17,929 nucleotides of DNA from Verrucomicrobiota bacterium (GTDB taxonomy: Bacteria; Verrucomicrobiota; Verrucomicrobiia; Limisphaerales; Palsa-1400): the NCBI GenBank assembly GCA_049510745.1, contig JBEKYR010000067.1:1-17929 (forward strand), in the 5' to 3' direction. This document shows positions 8,372-16,677 of the stretch, one piece after another; the first letter of the stretch is position 1; each line of letters starts with the position of its first letter. The translations under genes were made by a program, and so were the position numbers. Under the pieces are notes generated by a model that saw only the letters and a program-made list of their open reading frames with translations, was not told the DNA's origin and searched no databases.

Positions 8372-10180
8372 ATGAAGCGGGTAGCCGATTACATTTTTGA
8401 TCACCTGGCGGACACCGGAACGAAGCACGTTTTCGTGCTGACGGGCGGGGGCGCCATGTTTTTGAATGACGCGCTGGGCCGCTGTTCGCGGCTGCGCTAT
8501 GTTTGTTGCCATCACGAGCAGGCCTGCGCCATGGCGGCGGAAGCCTACGCGCGTGTCTCCGGCCGGGCAGGGGTGGTGAGCGTGACCACCGGCCCTGGCG
8601 GCATCAACGCGTTGAACGGCGTTTTCGGTGCCTTCACGGATTCCATTCCGATGCTGGTCATTTCCGGGCAAGTGAAATTGGAAACGTGCCTGGCCTCGCA
8701 TCCTCTCCCTCATCTGCGCCAACTGGGAGACCAGGAGGTCGATATCGTCCGCATGGTCAAAGGCGTCACGAAGTATTCCGTTCTGGTGAAGGACCCAAAG
8801 ACCATTCGCTATCATTTGGAGAGGGCGCTGCATCTCGCCCAGTCCGGCCGTCCCGGCCCTTGCTGGCTGGACATCCCGGTGGATGTGCAATCGGCCATGA
8901 TTGATCCGGACTCACTGCCGGGGTACGACCCGAAAGAGGATGACGTGCAAAGTGGCCGCGCCGATTTGGCGAAGAGTTGCGGCGAAATCCTGAAAAGAAT
9001 CAAGAAGGCCAAGCGGCCTGTGATCATGCCGGGAACAGGGGTTCGCCTAGCCGGGGCCGTTGAATTATTTGAAGAGGCCGCTCGTAAACTCGGCATTCCG
9101 GTGACCGCTGCCTGGACCGCACCCGACGTTATCCCCTCAACCGATCCGCTCTTTTGCGGCCGGGCCAGCAGCATCGGTGACCGGGCGGGTAATTTCACCG
9201 TGCAAAACGCGGACCTTCTGTTGGTCTTGGGTTCGCGCTTGAACATCCGCCAGGTCAGCTACAACTGGAAGGATTTCGCGCGCAACGCCTTTAAAATCCA
9301 GGTCGATATCGATCCGGCGGAGTTGGATAAACCGACGGTGAAGCCCGATCTGCCGGTCGTGGCGGATTTGAAGGATTTCCTGCGGGAATTGAACCGTCAA
9401 CTCGACGCCGAAGGCTTCGATGGGCGGGCGCATGCGGATTGGCTGGCCTGGTGCCGCAAACGGGTCAGCCGCTACCCCGTCGTGACAGAGAAGCAGCGCC
9501 AGGTCGCAACGCCCATTAACTCCTACAATTTCCTTGATGTCTTGATTCGGAAACTGACGCCGGACGACATTATCGTCTGCGGCAACGGCACCGCTTCGGT
9601 CGTGCCTTTTCAGGTGGCTTACCTCAAGCGGGGCATGCGGATGTTCGCCAATTCCGGGAGCGCTTCGATGGGGTACGATATCCCGGCCTCCATCGGCGCC
9701 GCGCTCTCGAGTGAGGGCCGGCGGGTGATCTGCTTTGCGGGCGATGGCAGCGGCCATTTGAATATTCAGGAACTGCAGACCATCAAGCACCATCAATTTG
9801 CCATCAAGATTTTCATCCTGAACAATGGCGGTTATCTTTCCATGCGCCTGACACAAGGGGGCTTCTTCAAAGGCAATTTTATCGGCGAAAGCCCGCGCAG
9901 CGGCATTTCCTTTCCGGATTACGTCAAACTGGCCGCCGCCTACGGAATACCCGCCAGCCGGATCGACGCGGCCGACTTCGGGCCAAAACTCGACGAGATT
10001 CTCGCCACTCCGGGACCGACGTTATGCGAAGTCATGCTCGACCCGGTTCCGGGCTTTGAACCGCGCCTGAGTTCCCGGCAACTCCCGGATGGACGGATCG
10101 TAACGGCTTCGTTCGAGGACATGGCGCCGTTTTTGAGCCGGGAGGAGCTTGCCGAGAACATGCTGGCGCCCACAGGATGA
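8372..10180 (+). CDS. Thiamine-diphosphate-dependent enzyme, acetolactate-synthase-like (YerE-like sugar carboligase candidate)
   Basis: HHEQACAMAAEAY (catalytic Glu), TTGPGGIN, GRPGPCWLDIPVDVQ, ThDP motif GDGS...ILNNGGY; 602 aa; sits in a CDP-dideoxysugar context with no ilvN/ilvH small subunit. Confidence 0.9.
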   Translation: MKRVADYIFDHLADTGTKHVFVLTGGGAMFLNDALGRCSRLRYVCCHHEQACAMAAEAYARVSGRAGVVSVTTGPGGINALNGVFGAFTDSIPMLVISGQVKLETCLASHPLPHLRQLGDQEVDIVRMVKGVTKYSVLVKDPKTIRYHLERALHLAQSGRPGPCWLDIPVDVQSAMIDPDSLPGYDPKEDDVQSGRADLAKSCGEILKRIKKAKRPVIMPGTGVRLAGAVELFEEAARKLGIPVTAAWTAPDVIPSTDPLFCGRASSIGDRAGNFTVQNADLLLVLGSRLNIRQVSYNWKDFARNAFKIQVDIDPAELDKPTVKPDLPVVADLKDFLRELNRQLDAEGFDGRAHADWLAWCRKRVSRYPVVTEKQRQVATPINSYNFLDVLIRKLTPDDIIVCGNGTASVVPFQVAYLKRGMRMFANSGSASMGYDIPASIGAALSSEGRRVICFAGDGSGHLNIQELQTIKHHQFAIKIFILNNGGYLSMRLTQGGFFKGNFIGESPRSGISFPDYVKLAAAYGIPASRIDAADFGPKLDEILATPGPTLCEVMLDPVPGFEPRLSSRQLPDGRIVTASFEDMAPFLSREELAENMLAPTG

Positions 10181-10830
10181 GCTTCGTCCCGTCGTCTCTG
10201 ATTCTGGACTTGGACGGGACTCTGATCGATTCCAAGCCCGGCATCCTGGAAAGTTTCGGGACGGCGGTGGCGACGGTATTTCCCGGACAAGAATTCGATC
10301 TCTCCACGGTCGTTCTAGGGCCTCCGATCCAGCGCATGTTCCAGGTTTCTTTTCCGAAGGCGAGTGAGAGTGAGATCGAAGGGTTGTTGCGGGTGTTCCG
10401 CGGGCACTATGACCGGGAAGGTTCGCTCCACACGCGCCTGTACGACGGCGCTTGGGACGTTCTGACCTACTGCCAGAGGCGTGGCATCGCTCTGGACATC
10501 GCCACCAACAAGCCTTTGCACATCTCCACCTCCATTCTGGCCCATCTCAAATTGGACGATTATTTCCGTTCCATTCTGGCGGCCGATTCAGTCCAACCGC
10601 CGTTTGCCGGCAAGGCCGGAATCATCCGGCATTTGTTAAAGGCAAATGAACTGAAGGCCGGCGAGACATTATATGTGGGAGACTCGGCGGAGGACGCCGT
10701 TGCCGCCGCCGCCTGCGGCATTCGGTTTGTCTGGGCGGCTTACGGCTACGGCAAACTGGCGGAGGAGGAAGCCAGGACTGCATTCGGAACAATAAGAAAA
10801 CTCGGCGACCTGACCGGCCTTCTTGGATGA
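10177..10830 (+). CDS. HAD-superfamily phosphatase (subfamily IA, Gph-like)
   Basis: Motif I DLDGTLID, motif II ATNK, motif III Lys (GKAG), motif IV GDSAED. ATGA overlap with the ThDP gene stop. Confidence 0.92.
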   Translation: MSFVPSSLILDLDGTLIDSKPGILESFGTAVATVFPGQEFDLSTVVLGPPIQRMFQVSFPKASESEIEGLLRVFRGHYDREGSLHTRLYDGAWDVLTYCQRRGIALDIATNKPLHISTSILAHLKLDDYFRSILAADSVQPPFAGKAGIIRHLLKANELKAGETLYVGDSAEDAVAAAACGIRFVWAAYGYGKLAEEEARTAFGTIRKLGDLTGLLG

Positions 10831-10841
10831 AAAAGTCCGTA

Positions 10842-10871
10842 TTGGCTTTTCCCGCCGGGTTCTGGTATTCT
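10842..10871 (+). promoter_or_regulatory. Possible internal promoter upstream of the NeuB-family gene
   Basis: TTGGCT (10842-10847), 18-bp spacer, extended -10 TGgTATTCT (10863-10871) in a 58-bp intergenic gap. Confidence 0.3.
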
Positions 10872-10888
10872 GAGTTGAGTCATTAAGA

Positions 10889-12034
10889 ATGAAAGCCGAT
10901 ATTTTTGAGGATTTGTTTGTGCTCGAGATGGCCAACAACCATCTGGGCAAGCTGGAGCGCGGTCTGGCGATCGTGGATCAATTCAGCAAGATCGTCCGCT
11001 TCAACAATGTCCGCGCCGCCATCAAGATCCAATTGCGAGATGTCAATACGCTTATCCATGCCAGGTTCCGCCAGCGCGAGGACATTCGTTACATCAAAAA
11101 GACCTTGCACACCGCCATGCCGCCGGAGAACTTCGCCGTGCTGGTCAACGCCGTGCGCAAAGCCGGCGCCATTCCCTGCGCCACTCCTTTTGATGAAACC
11201 TCGGTGGATTTTTGCGTCAATTTGGGCATTCAAATCATCAAGCTGGCCAGCTCGGATTTAAATGATTGGTTCCTGATCGAGAAAATCGCCAAGACGCGCA
11301 AGCCGGTGATCGCTTCCACAGGCGGCTCTTCCCTCAAGGACATCGACGATCTGGTCACCTTTTTCGAGAATCGCAATATACCGCTGGCCATCAATCATTG
11401 CGTTTCGCTTTATCCCACCGAAGACAGCGAGTTGGAACTCAACCAAATTGACTTCCTCCGCCACCGGTATCCTCACGTCAGCGTCGGTTTTTCCACGCAC
11501 GAATACCATAGTTGGGAGGCTTCCATGCATATCGCCTATGCCAAGGGGGCGCGCACCTTCGAGCGTCACATCGACGTGGATGATGACGGCGTGGCGATTT
11601 CACCCTATTGCAGCAGCCCCGCGCAAATTGACACCTGGTTCAAGGCCTTCCGCAAAGCCAAGGAAATGTGCGGCGGCGGCGCTGAAACCAAGCGTGTGCC
11701 GCCGGTCGCCGAGATCAAATATCTCGACGCCTTGGTGCGCGGGGTTTACGCCAAACAGGACCTTCCCGCCGGCAGCGTCCTTTCCGATGAGGTGGTCTAT
11801 CTGGCCATTCCGCTGCTCAAGGGGCAGATTTCCTGCCGCGAATTGATGCGCGGCGAGGTGTTGCTCAGGCCGGTCAAAAAGGACGCCCCGCTCTGCATCG
11901 ATGATATTGACAGTCCTTATTCCTATTCCGAGAGCTTGAAGAAAGCGATTTACGACCGAGGCCTGGACGCCGACGAGGGGGAGGACCCGGCTGCCAAGGG
12001 CGCAAAGGGAATCGACCAGTCAAATAAGATTTGA
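10889..12034 (+). CDS. NeuB/SpsE-family PEP-dependent ulosonic acid synthase with C-terminal SAF/antifreeze-like domain
   Basis: LEMANNHLG, IKIQ, ATPFD, IKLASSDL, IASTGG, HCVSLYP, GFSTHE, FERH, C-terminal RGVYAKQDLPAG. Confidence 0.9.
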   Translation: MKADIFEDLFVLEMANNHLGKLERGLAIVDQFSKIVRFNNVRAAIKIQLRDVNTLIHARFRQREDIRYIKKTLHTAMPPENFAVLVNAVRKAGAIPCATPFDETSVDFCVNLGIQIIKLASSDLNDWFLIEKIAKTRKPVIASTGGSSLKDIDDLVTFFENRNIPLAINHCVSLYPTEDSELELNQIDFLRHRYPHVSVGFSTHEYHSWEASMHIAYAKGARTFERHIDVDDDGVAISPYCSSPAQIDTWFKAFRKAKEMCGGGAETKRVPPVAEIKYLDALVRGVYAKQDLPAGSVLSDEVVYLAIPLLKGQISCRELMRGEVLLRPVKKDAPLCIDDIDSPYSYSESLKKAIYDRGLDADEGEDPAAKGAKGIDQSNKI

Positions 12035-12160
12035 TCGCCGGGAAAGTTCCTCGTGAGAGTCATGGGGAAGACGTCGAAAACTTTTCCCTTGGCGAGTTCA
12101 AAGTGCCTTGCCCTTGATTTATGCGGGACTTGCCGTAACCTCTCCGACGACCTTTTTGGT

Positions 12161-13309
12161 ATGCAATTGAACAACGACGAAATTCGCCGCTACTCGCGCC
12201 ATCTGATCTTGCCGGAGGTCGGCCTGGCCGGTCAGAAAAAAATTTGCTCGACCAGCGTCGTCTGCATCGGCGCGGGCGGGCTTGGCTCGCCCATCGCCAT
12301 GTACCTGGCCGCGGCCGGCATCGGCAAGATCGGCGTGGTCGATTTTGACGCGGTCGATTTCTCCAATCTCCAGCGCCAGATCATTCACCACACCAGCGAC
12401 GTGGGCCGTCCCAAAGCCGAGTCGGCCAGGGAAACGATCCTGGGCATCAACCCGAATGTCGAAGTGGTGCTGCACAAAACCCGCATCACCAGCGAGAACG
12501 CCCTCGACATCCTGGCCCAATACGACATCGTGGTCGATGGCACGGATAATTTTCCGACGCGCTACCTGACCAACGACGCGTGCGTGCTGCTCAAGAAACC
12601 CAATGTCTATGGCTCGATTTTCCGCTTCGAGGGGCAGGCGAGCGTGTTCGCGCCGCATCTCAACGGGCCGTGCTATCGCTGCTTGTATCCCGAACCGCCC
12701 CCGCCCGGCCTGGTGCCCAGTTGCGCCGAAGGCGGCGTGCTCGGAGTGTTGCCGGGCATCATCGGCACGATCCAGGCGACGGAGATTCTCAAGCTCGCCC
12801 TGGGCAAGGGCAGTTCCCTCATTGGCCGGCTCCTCCTGTTCAACGCGCTGGAGATGAAGTTCCGCGAAGTCCGCCTGCGCCGCGATCCCAAGTGCCCCCT
12901 CTGCGGCGAGAACCCGTCCATCACCAAACTGATCGATTATGAAATGTTCTGCGGCATCAGTCCCCAACCGGCTGTCCCCGCCTTCAACCCCGACGAGGTC
13001 ACCGTCCAGGAGATGAAGAAGGCGCTGGACAACCCCGCCCTCGGCATCAAGGTCATCGACGTGCGCGAACCGGACGAATTCCAGATCGTCCACATCGACG
13101 GCGTGCCGCTCATCCCCCTCGGCTCGTTGCCGCAACGCTTCACCGAACTGGACCCCAACCAGCACCTTTACATCCATTGCAAGAGCGGGGTGCGGTCGAT
13201 GCGCGCCCTGCAATTTCTGCGCGAGCAGGGCTTCAAGTACGTCAAGAGCGTCAAAGGCGGCATCAGCGCCTGGGCGGACGAAATTGACCACACCCTCGCC
13301 AAATACTGA
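12161..13309 (+). CDS. moeB: MoeB/ThiF-family adenylyltransferase fused to a rhodanese domain (MoeZ/MoeBR type)
   Basis: RYSRHLILPEVG, GAGGLG, SNLQRQ, DGTDNF, CYRC and CPLC Zn motifs, PSCAEGG, rhodanese IDVRE...HCKSGVRS. ATG at 12161 matches the family N-terminus better than the ORF-track start at 12053. Confidence 0.93.
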   Translation: MQLNNDEIRRYSRHLILPEVGLAGQKKICSTSVVCIGAGGLGSPIAMYLAAAGIGKIGVVDFDAVDFSNLQRQIIHHTSDVGRPKAESARETILGINPNVEVVLHKTRITSENALDILAQYDIVVDGTDNFPTRYLTNDACVLLKKPNVYGSIFRFEGQASVFAPHLNGPCYRCLYPEPPPPGLVPSCAEGGVLGVLPGIIGTIQATEILKLALGKGSSLIGRLLLFNALEMKFREVRLRRDPKCPLCGENPSITKLIDYEMFCGISPQPAVPAFNPDEVTVQEMKKALDNPALGIKVIDVREPDEFQIVHIDGVPLIPLGSLPQRFTELDPNQHLYIHCKSGVRSMRALQFLREQGFKYVKSVKGGISAWADEIDHTLAKY

Positions 13310-14351
13310 GGCGGCTCTTCCGCATCGGCGCCGGCCCCGTTATGCGGGCACGCATCCGCGGCGTTTCGAGGAGAAATACAAAGAGCACAATCCCGCCCGC
13401 TACCCGGACACGGTGGAGAAAGTGCTGGCTTCCGGCAAAACGCCCGCCGGCACCCACCGCCCGATCATGCTGGCGGAAATTCTCGCCCTCCTTGCCCCGC
13501 AACCGGGCCAGACGGCCGTTGATTGCACCCTCGGTTTTGGCGGCCACGCGCAAGAGATTTTGGCCCGCCTCCAACCCGGCGGCCGTCTGCTGGGACTGGA
13601 CGTCGATCCGATTGAATTGCCCAAAACCGAGGCGCGCCTGCGCTGCCTGGGCTTCGGGCCGGCTGCCTTCACCGCCCATCACAGCAATTTCGCGGGCCTG
13701 CCGCAAATTCTCGCGCAAGCCGGTCTTTCCGGCGCGGACATCATTCTGGCCGACTTGGGTGTTTCTTCCATGCAACTGGACGACCCCACGCGCGGGTTCT
13801 CCGCCAAATTCGAGGGGCCGCTGGACATGCGCATGAATCCGGGGCGGGGCCAGCCGGCCTCGGTTTTGTTGCAACGCATCCGTCCTGGGGCGCTGCAAGA
13901 ACTGCTGGAGGAGCACGCCGACGAACCGCACGCGGCGGAGCTGGCCCCGGCGCTGGCCGGCGGCGTCTTTGCGACCACGACCCAGCTCGCCGCCGCGATC
14001 CGTTCGGCGCTGCCGCGATTGGACAAGGAGGCTTGCGCTCTTTCGACGCGGCGTGTCTTCCAGGCCTTGCGCATCGCGGTCAACGACGAGTTTTCGGCCC
14101 TGGAAATGTTTCTGCGCCATCTCCCCTCCTGCTTGAAGCCGGGCGGGCGGGTCGCGATCTTGACGTTTCATTCCGGGGAAGACCGCCGCGTCAAGAAGAT
14201 GTTTGAAGCCGGCATTCGCGCCGGCCAGTACGCGGAGATTTCTGACGGGGTCATTCGTCCAACGGCTGAAGAGCGCCGGTCGAATCCGCGCTCGGTTCCG
14301 GCCAAGCTGCGCTGGGCGCGCAAGAATTCCCTTGTTTGCGATTCCCTTTAG
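13284..14351 (+). CDS. rsmH: 16S rRNA m4C1402 methyltransferase RsmH-family protein, N-terminally extended form
   Basis: HRPIML, DCTLGFGGHA, DLGVSSMQLD, LDMRM, FQALRIAVNDE, TFHSGEDRRVK, NPRS..AKLR. The TTG start overlaps the moeB end by 26 nt; the start is uncertain. Confidence 0.88.
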   Translation: MTTPSPNTEAALPHRRRPRYAGTHPRRFEEKYKEHNPARYPDTVEKVLASGKTPAGTHRPIMLAEILALLAPQPGQTAVDCTLGFGGHAQEILARLQPGGRLLGLDVDPIELPKTEARLRCLGFGPAAFTAHHSNFAGLPQILAQAGLSGADIILADLGVSSMQLDDPTRGFSAKFEGPLDMRMNPGRGQPASVLLQRIRPGALQELLEEHADEPHAAELAPALAGGVFATTTQLAAAIRSALPRLDKEACALSTRRVFQALRIAVNDEFSALEMFLRHLPSCLKPGGRVAILTFHSGEDRRVKKMFEAGIRAGQYAEISDGVIRPTAEERRSNPRSVPAKLRWARKNSLVCDSL

Positions 14352-14365
14352 GGTAACACAAAGGC

Positions 14366-15778
14366 ATGGATTACAGAGAGAAACACATGGAAGTCGTCCG
14401 AACCGAGCTTTCCGCCCCGCAGACCAGCCGCCGTCATTTTATCTACACCTCCGCGCTAGCCGCCGGCGCGCTGGCCACCGCTTTGCCGGCCTGGGCCGCC
14501 CGCCCAAGATTCAAATCGCCCAACGAAAAACTGGACATTGCCTGCATCGGCGTCTCGGGCCAGGGCGGCTCCGACACCGAAGCGGTCTCCGGCGAGAACA
14601 TCGCCGCCCTGTGCGACGTGGACGCCAACAACCTGGCCAACGCGCGCAAAAAATATCCCGGCGCCCGCCCCTATTCCGATTACCGCGTCCTGCTGGAGAA
14701 GGAAAAGAGTATTGACGCGGTGACCATCGGCATCCCCGATCATCAGCACGCCCCGGCGGCGATGCGCGCCATCCGCGCGGGCAAACACGTTTATTGCGAG
14801 AAGCCCTTGACGCACTCCGTTTGGGAAGCGCGCCAACTGGCGCTGGCCGCCCGCGAATCCGGCGTCGCCACCCAAATGGGCAACCAGGGCCATGCCGGCG
14901 AAGGCATCCGGCAACTGTGCGAGATGATCTGGTCGGGCGCCATCGGCCAGGTGCGCGAAGTTCATTGCTGGACCGACCGCTCCAAAGACTGGTGGCCGCA
15001 GGGCCTGCTGCGTCCCCCCGGTTCGGACCCCGTGCCGGCCTACCTGGATTGGGACCTGTGGCTGGGACCGGCGCCCGTGCGCCCCTACCTTCATCATTGG
15101 CCGGAAAACCGCCAGACCCGTTTGTCCAACAGCGTCTATCATCCCGCTTCGTGGCGCGGTTGGTGGGATTTCGGCTGCGGCGCCTTGGGCGACATGGCCT
15201 GCCACATCATGGACTGCCCCCAGTGGGCCTTGAAATTGGGGCCGCCCGCGTCGGTGGAAATGATTTCCTCCTCCGAGCGTGTGCCGGAGATGCCGCCCGT
15301 CATGTCCATTCTGCGCTATGAATTCCCCGCCCGCGAGGGCCTGCCGCCCTGCGCGCTGACCTGGTATGATTCGGGCCAGAAACCGCCCAAACCGCCCGAA
15401 TTGGAGGCGGACTACCTGGACAGCAACGGCTCTTTATTTATTGGTGACAAGGGCAAGATTTTCTGCGGTGTTTATGGCGAGAAACCCCGCCTGCTGCCCG
15501 AATCGAGCATGGCCGATTACAAGCGGTCGGACAAATCCATCCCACGTGTGCCGGACAACAGCCCGCACCGGGATTGGATTCGCGCCTGCAAGGGCGGCCC
15601 GGCGCCGTGCTCCAATTTCGGGATTTCCGGCCCGTTCACCGAATGGGTCTTGCTCGGCAACCTGGCCATCCGCCTGGGCAAAAAGATCGAGTGGGACTCG
15701 GAAAAGCTCCGTGTGACCAATGCTCCCGAAGCCGCGGAATTGATCCACACCCCCTGCCGCAAAGGGTGGGAAATCTGA
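14366..15778 (+). CDS. Gfo/Idh/MocA-family oxidoreductase with Tat signal peptide
   Basis: SRRHFI twin-arginine motif, hydrophobic stretch and AWA cleavage site; IGVSGQG, PDHQHA, CEKP, QMGNQG, LDWDLWLGPAP, WRGWWDFGCGALGDMACH. Alternative ATG at 14387. Confidence 0.92.
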   Translation: MDYREKHMEVVRTELSAPQTSRRHFIYTSALAAGALATALPAWAARPRFKSPNEKLDIACIGVSGQGGSDTEAVSGENIAALCDVDANNLANARKKYPGARPYSDYRVLLEKEKSIDAVTIGIPDHQHAPAAMRAIRAGKHVYCEKPLTHSVWEARQLALAARESGVATQMGNQGHAGEGIRQLCEMIWSGAIGQVREVHCWTDRSKDWWPQGLLRPPGSDPVPAYLDWDLWLGPAPVRPYLHHWPENRQTRLSNSVYHPASWRGWWDFGCGALGDMACHIMDCPQWALKLGPPASVEMISSSERVPEMPPVMSILRYEFPAREGLPPCALTWYDSGQKPPKPPELEADYLDSNGSLFIGDKGKIFCGVYGEKPRLLPESSMADYKRSDKSIPRVPDNSPHRDWIRACKGGPAPCSNFGISGPFTEWVLLGNLAIRLGKKIEWDSEKLRVTNAPEAAELIHTPCRKGWEI

Positions 15779-15822
15779 CCTCGGTAGGCCAGGCATCCGC
15801 TCCGTGGCATCAGGACAGGCTT

Positions 15823-16677
15823 ATGAAAGAATCGCTTTTGCAGAAGCGTCTGGCGGTGTGCAGTTGGTCGCTCCAGCCCGATGATCCGCAAGACCTCGTG
15901 GCTAAACTCAAGGCCACCGGCATCCGGCGCGTCCAACTGGCGCTTGATCCGCTGCGCCAATCCCCAGCGGTGTGGGGCTGCATCGGGAAACTCTTTCACG
16001 AAAACCACCTGGCGATTGTCTCCGGCATGTTCGGCTGCGCCGGCGAGGACTACTCGACGATGGAAAGCATTCGTCACACCGGGGGCATTGCGCCCGACGC
16101 GACTTGGGAGCAGAACCGGAAAGACATCCAGGCCACAGCCGCGCTCGCCGCCGAACTGAGTTTGAAACTCGTCACCTTCCACGCCGGTCTTCTTCCTCAT
16201 CAGGAGTCAGACCCGGACTTCGCAAAAATGCTCGGGCGCCTGGCCGCGGTCGCGGACATTTTCGCCAGGGAGAAAATCGGTCTTGGGCTGGAAACCGGAC
16301 AGGAAACAGCGCCCGCGCTCGCCGCGCTGCTGCAAAAGCTGGATCGCCCGATTGTGGGCGTGAATTTCGACCCGGCCAACATTATTCTTTACAACAATGG
16401 CGATCCAATTACGGCCCTGCGGGTGCTGGGACCGTGGCTTCGCCAGGTCCACATCAAGGACGCGGTGCGCACCCAGGTGCCCGGCGCCTGGGGCCAGGAA
16501 GTGCCCGTCGGCTCCGGCGAAACCAACTGGCGCGAGTTTCTGGGCGCGCTTCGACAGCTTAACTTCAATGGCGATCTCGTCATCGAGCGCGAAGCCGGCA
16601 GCCAGCGCGTGGCCGACATTGTTGCCGCGCGGAATGTTTTGGAAAAAGAGCTCTGCGCGAACCGAAGACTGCGATGA
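15823..16677 (+). CDS. Sugar phosphate isomerase/epimerase, xylose-isomerase-like (AP_endonuc_2) TIM barrel
   Basis: Metal-ligand pattern GLETGQ / NFDPAN / QVHIKD / IERE. ATG at 15823 is preceded by AGGA; the ORF-track start at 15574 overlaps the previous gene. Confidence 0.9.
   Translation: MKESLLQKRLAVCSWSLQPDDPQDLVAKLKATGIRRVQLALDPLRQSPAVWGCIGKLFHENHLAIVSGMFGCAGEDYSTMESIRHTGGIAPDATWEQNRKDIQATAALAAELSLKLVTFHAGLLPHQESDPDFAKMLGRLAAVADIFAREKIGLGLETGQETAPALAALLQKLDRPIVGVNFDPANIILYNNGDPITALRVLGPWLRQVHIKDAVRTQVPGAWGQEVPVGSGETNWREFLGALRQLNFNGDLVIEREAGSQRVADIVAARNVLEKELCANRRLR

Noticed and set aside
8372..10180. Annotation as housekeeping acetolactate synthase ilvB
   Set aside because: No small subunit or ilvC nearby, and the gene is embedded in a CDP-sugar cluster, so no gene symbol was assigned
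10889..12034. Complete sialic/legionaminic/pseudaminic acid pathway
   Set aside because: No neuA/neuC, pse or leg genes in the window, and the motifs diverge from canonical synthases
12035..13309. MoeZ as part of the sugar cluster (thiosugar formation)
   Set aside because: Separated by a 126-bp gap with possible promoter elements; no ThiG/BexX-like thiosugar synthase or sulfur carrier is present
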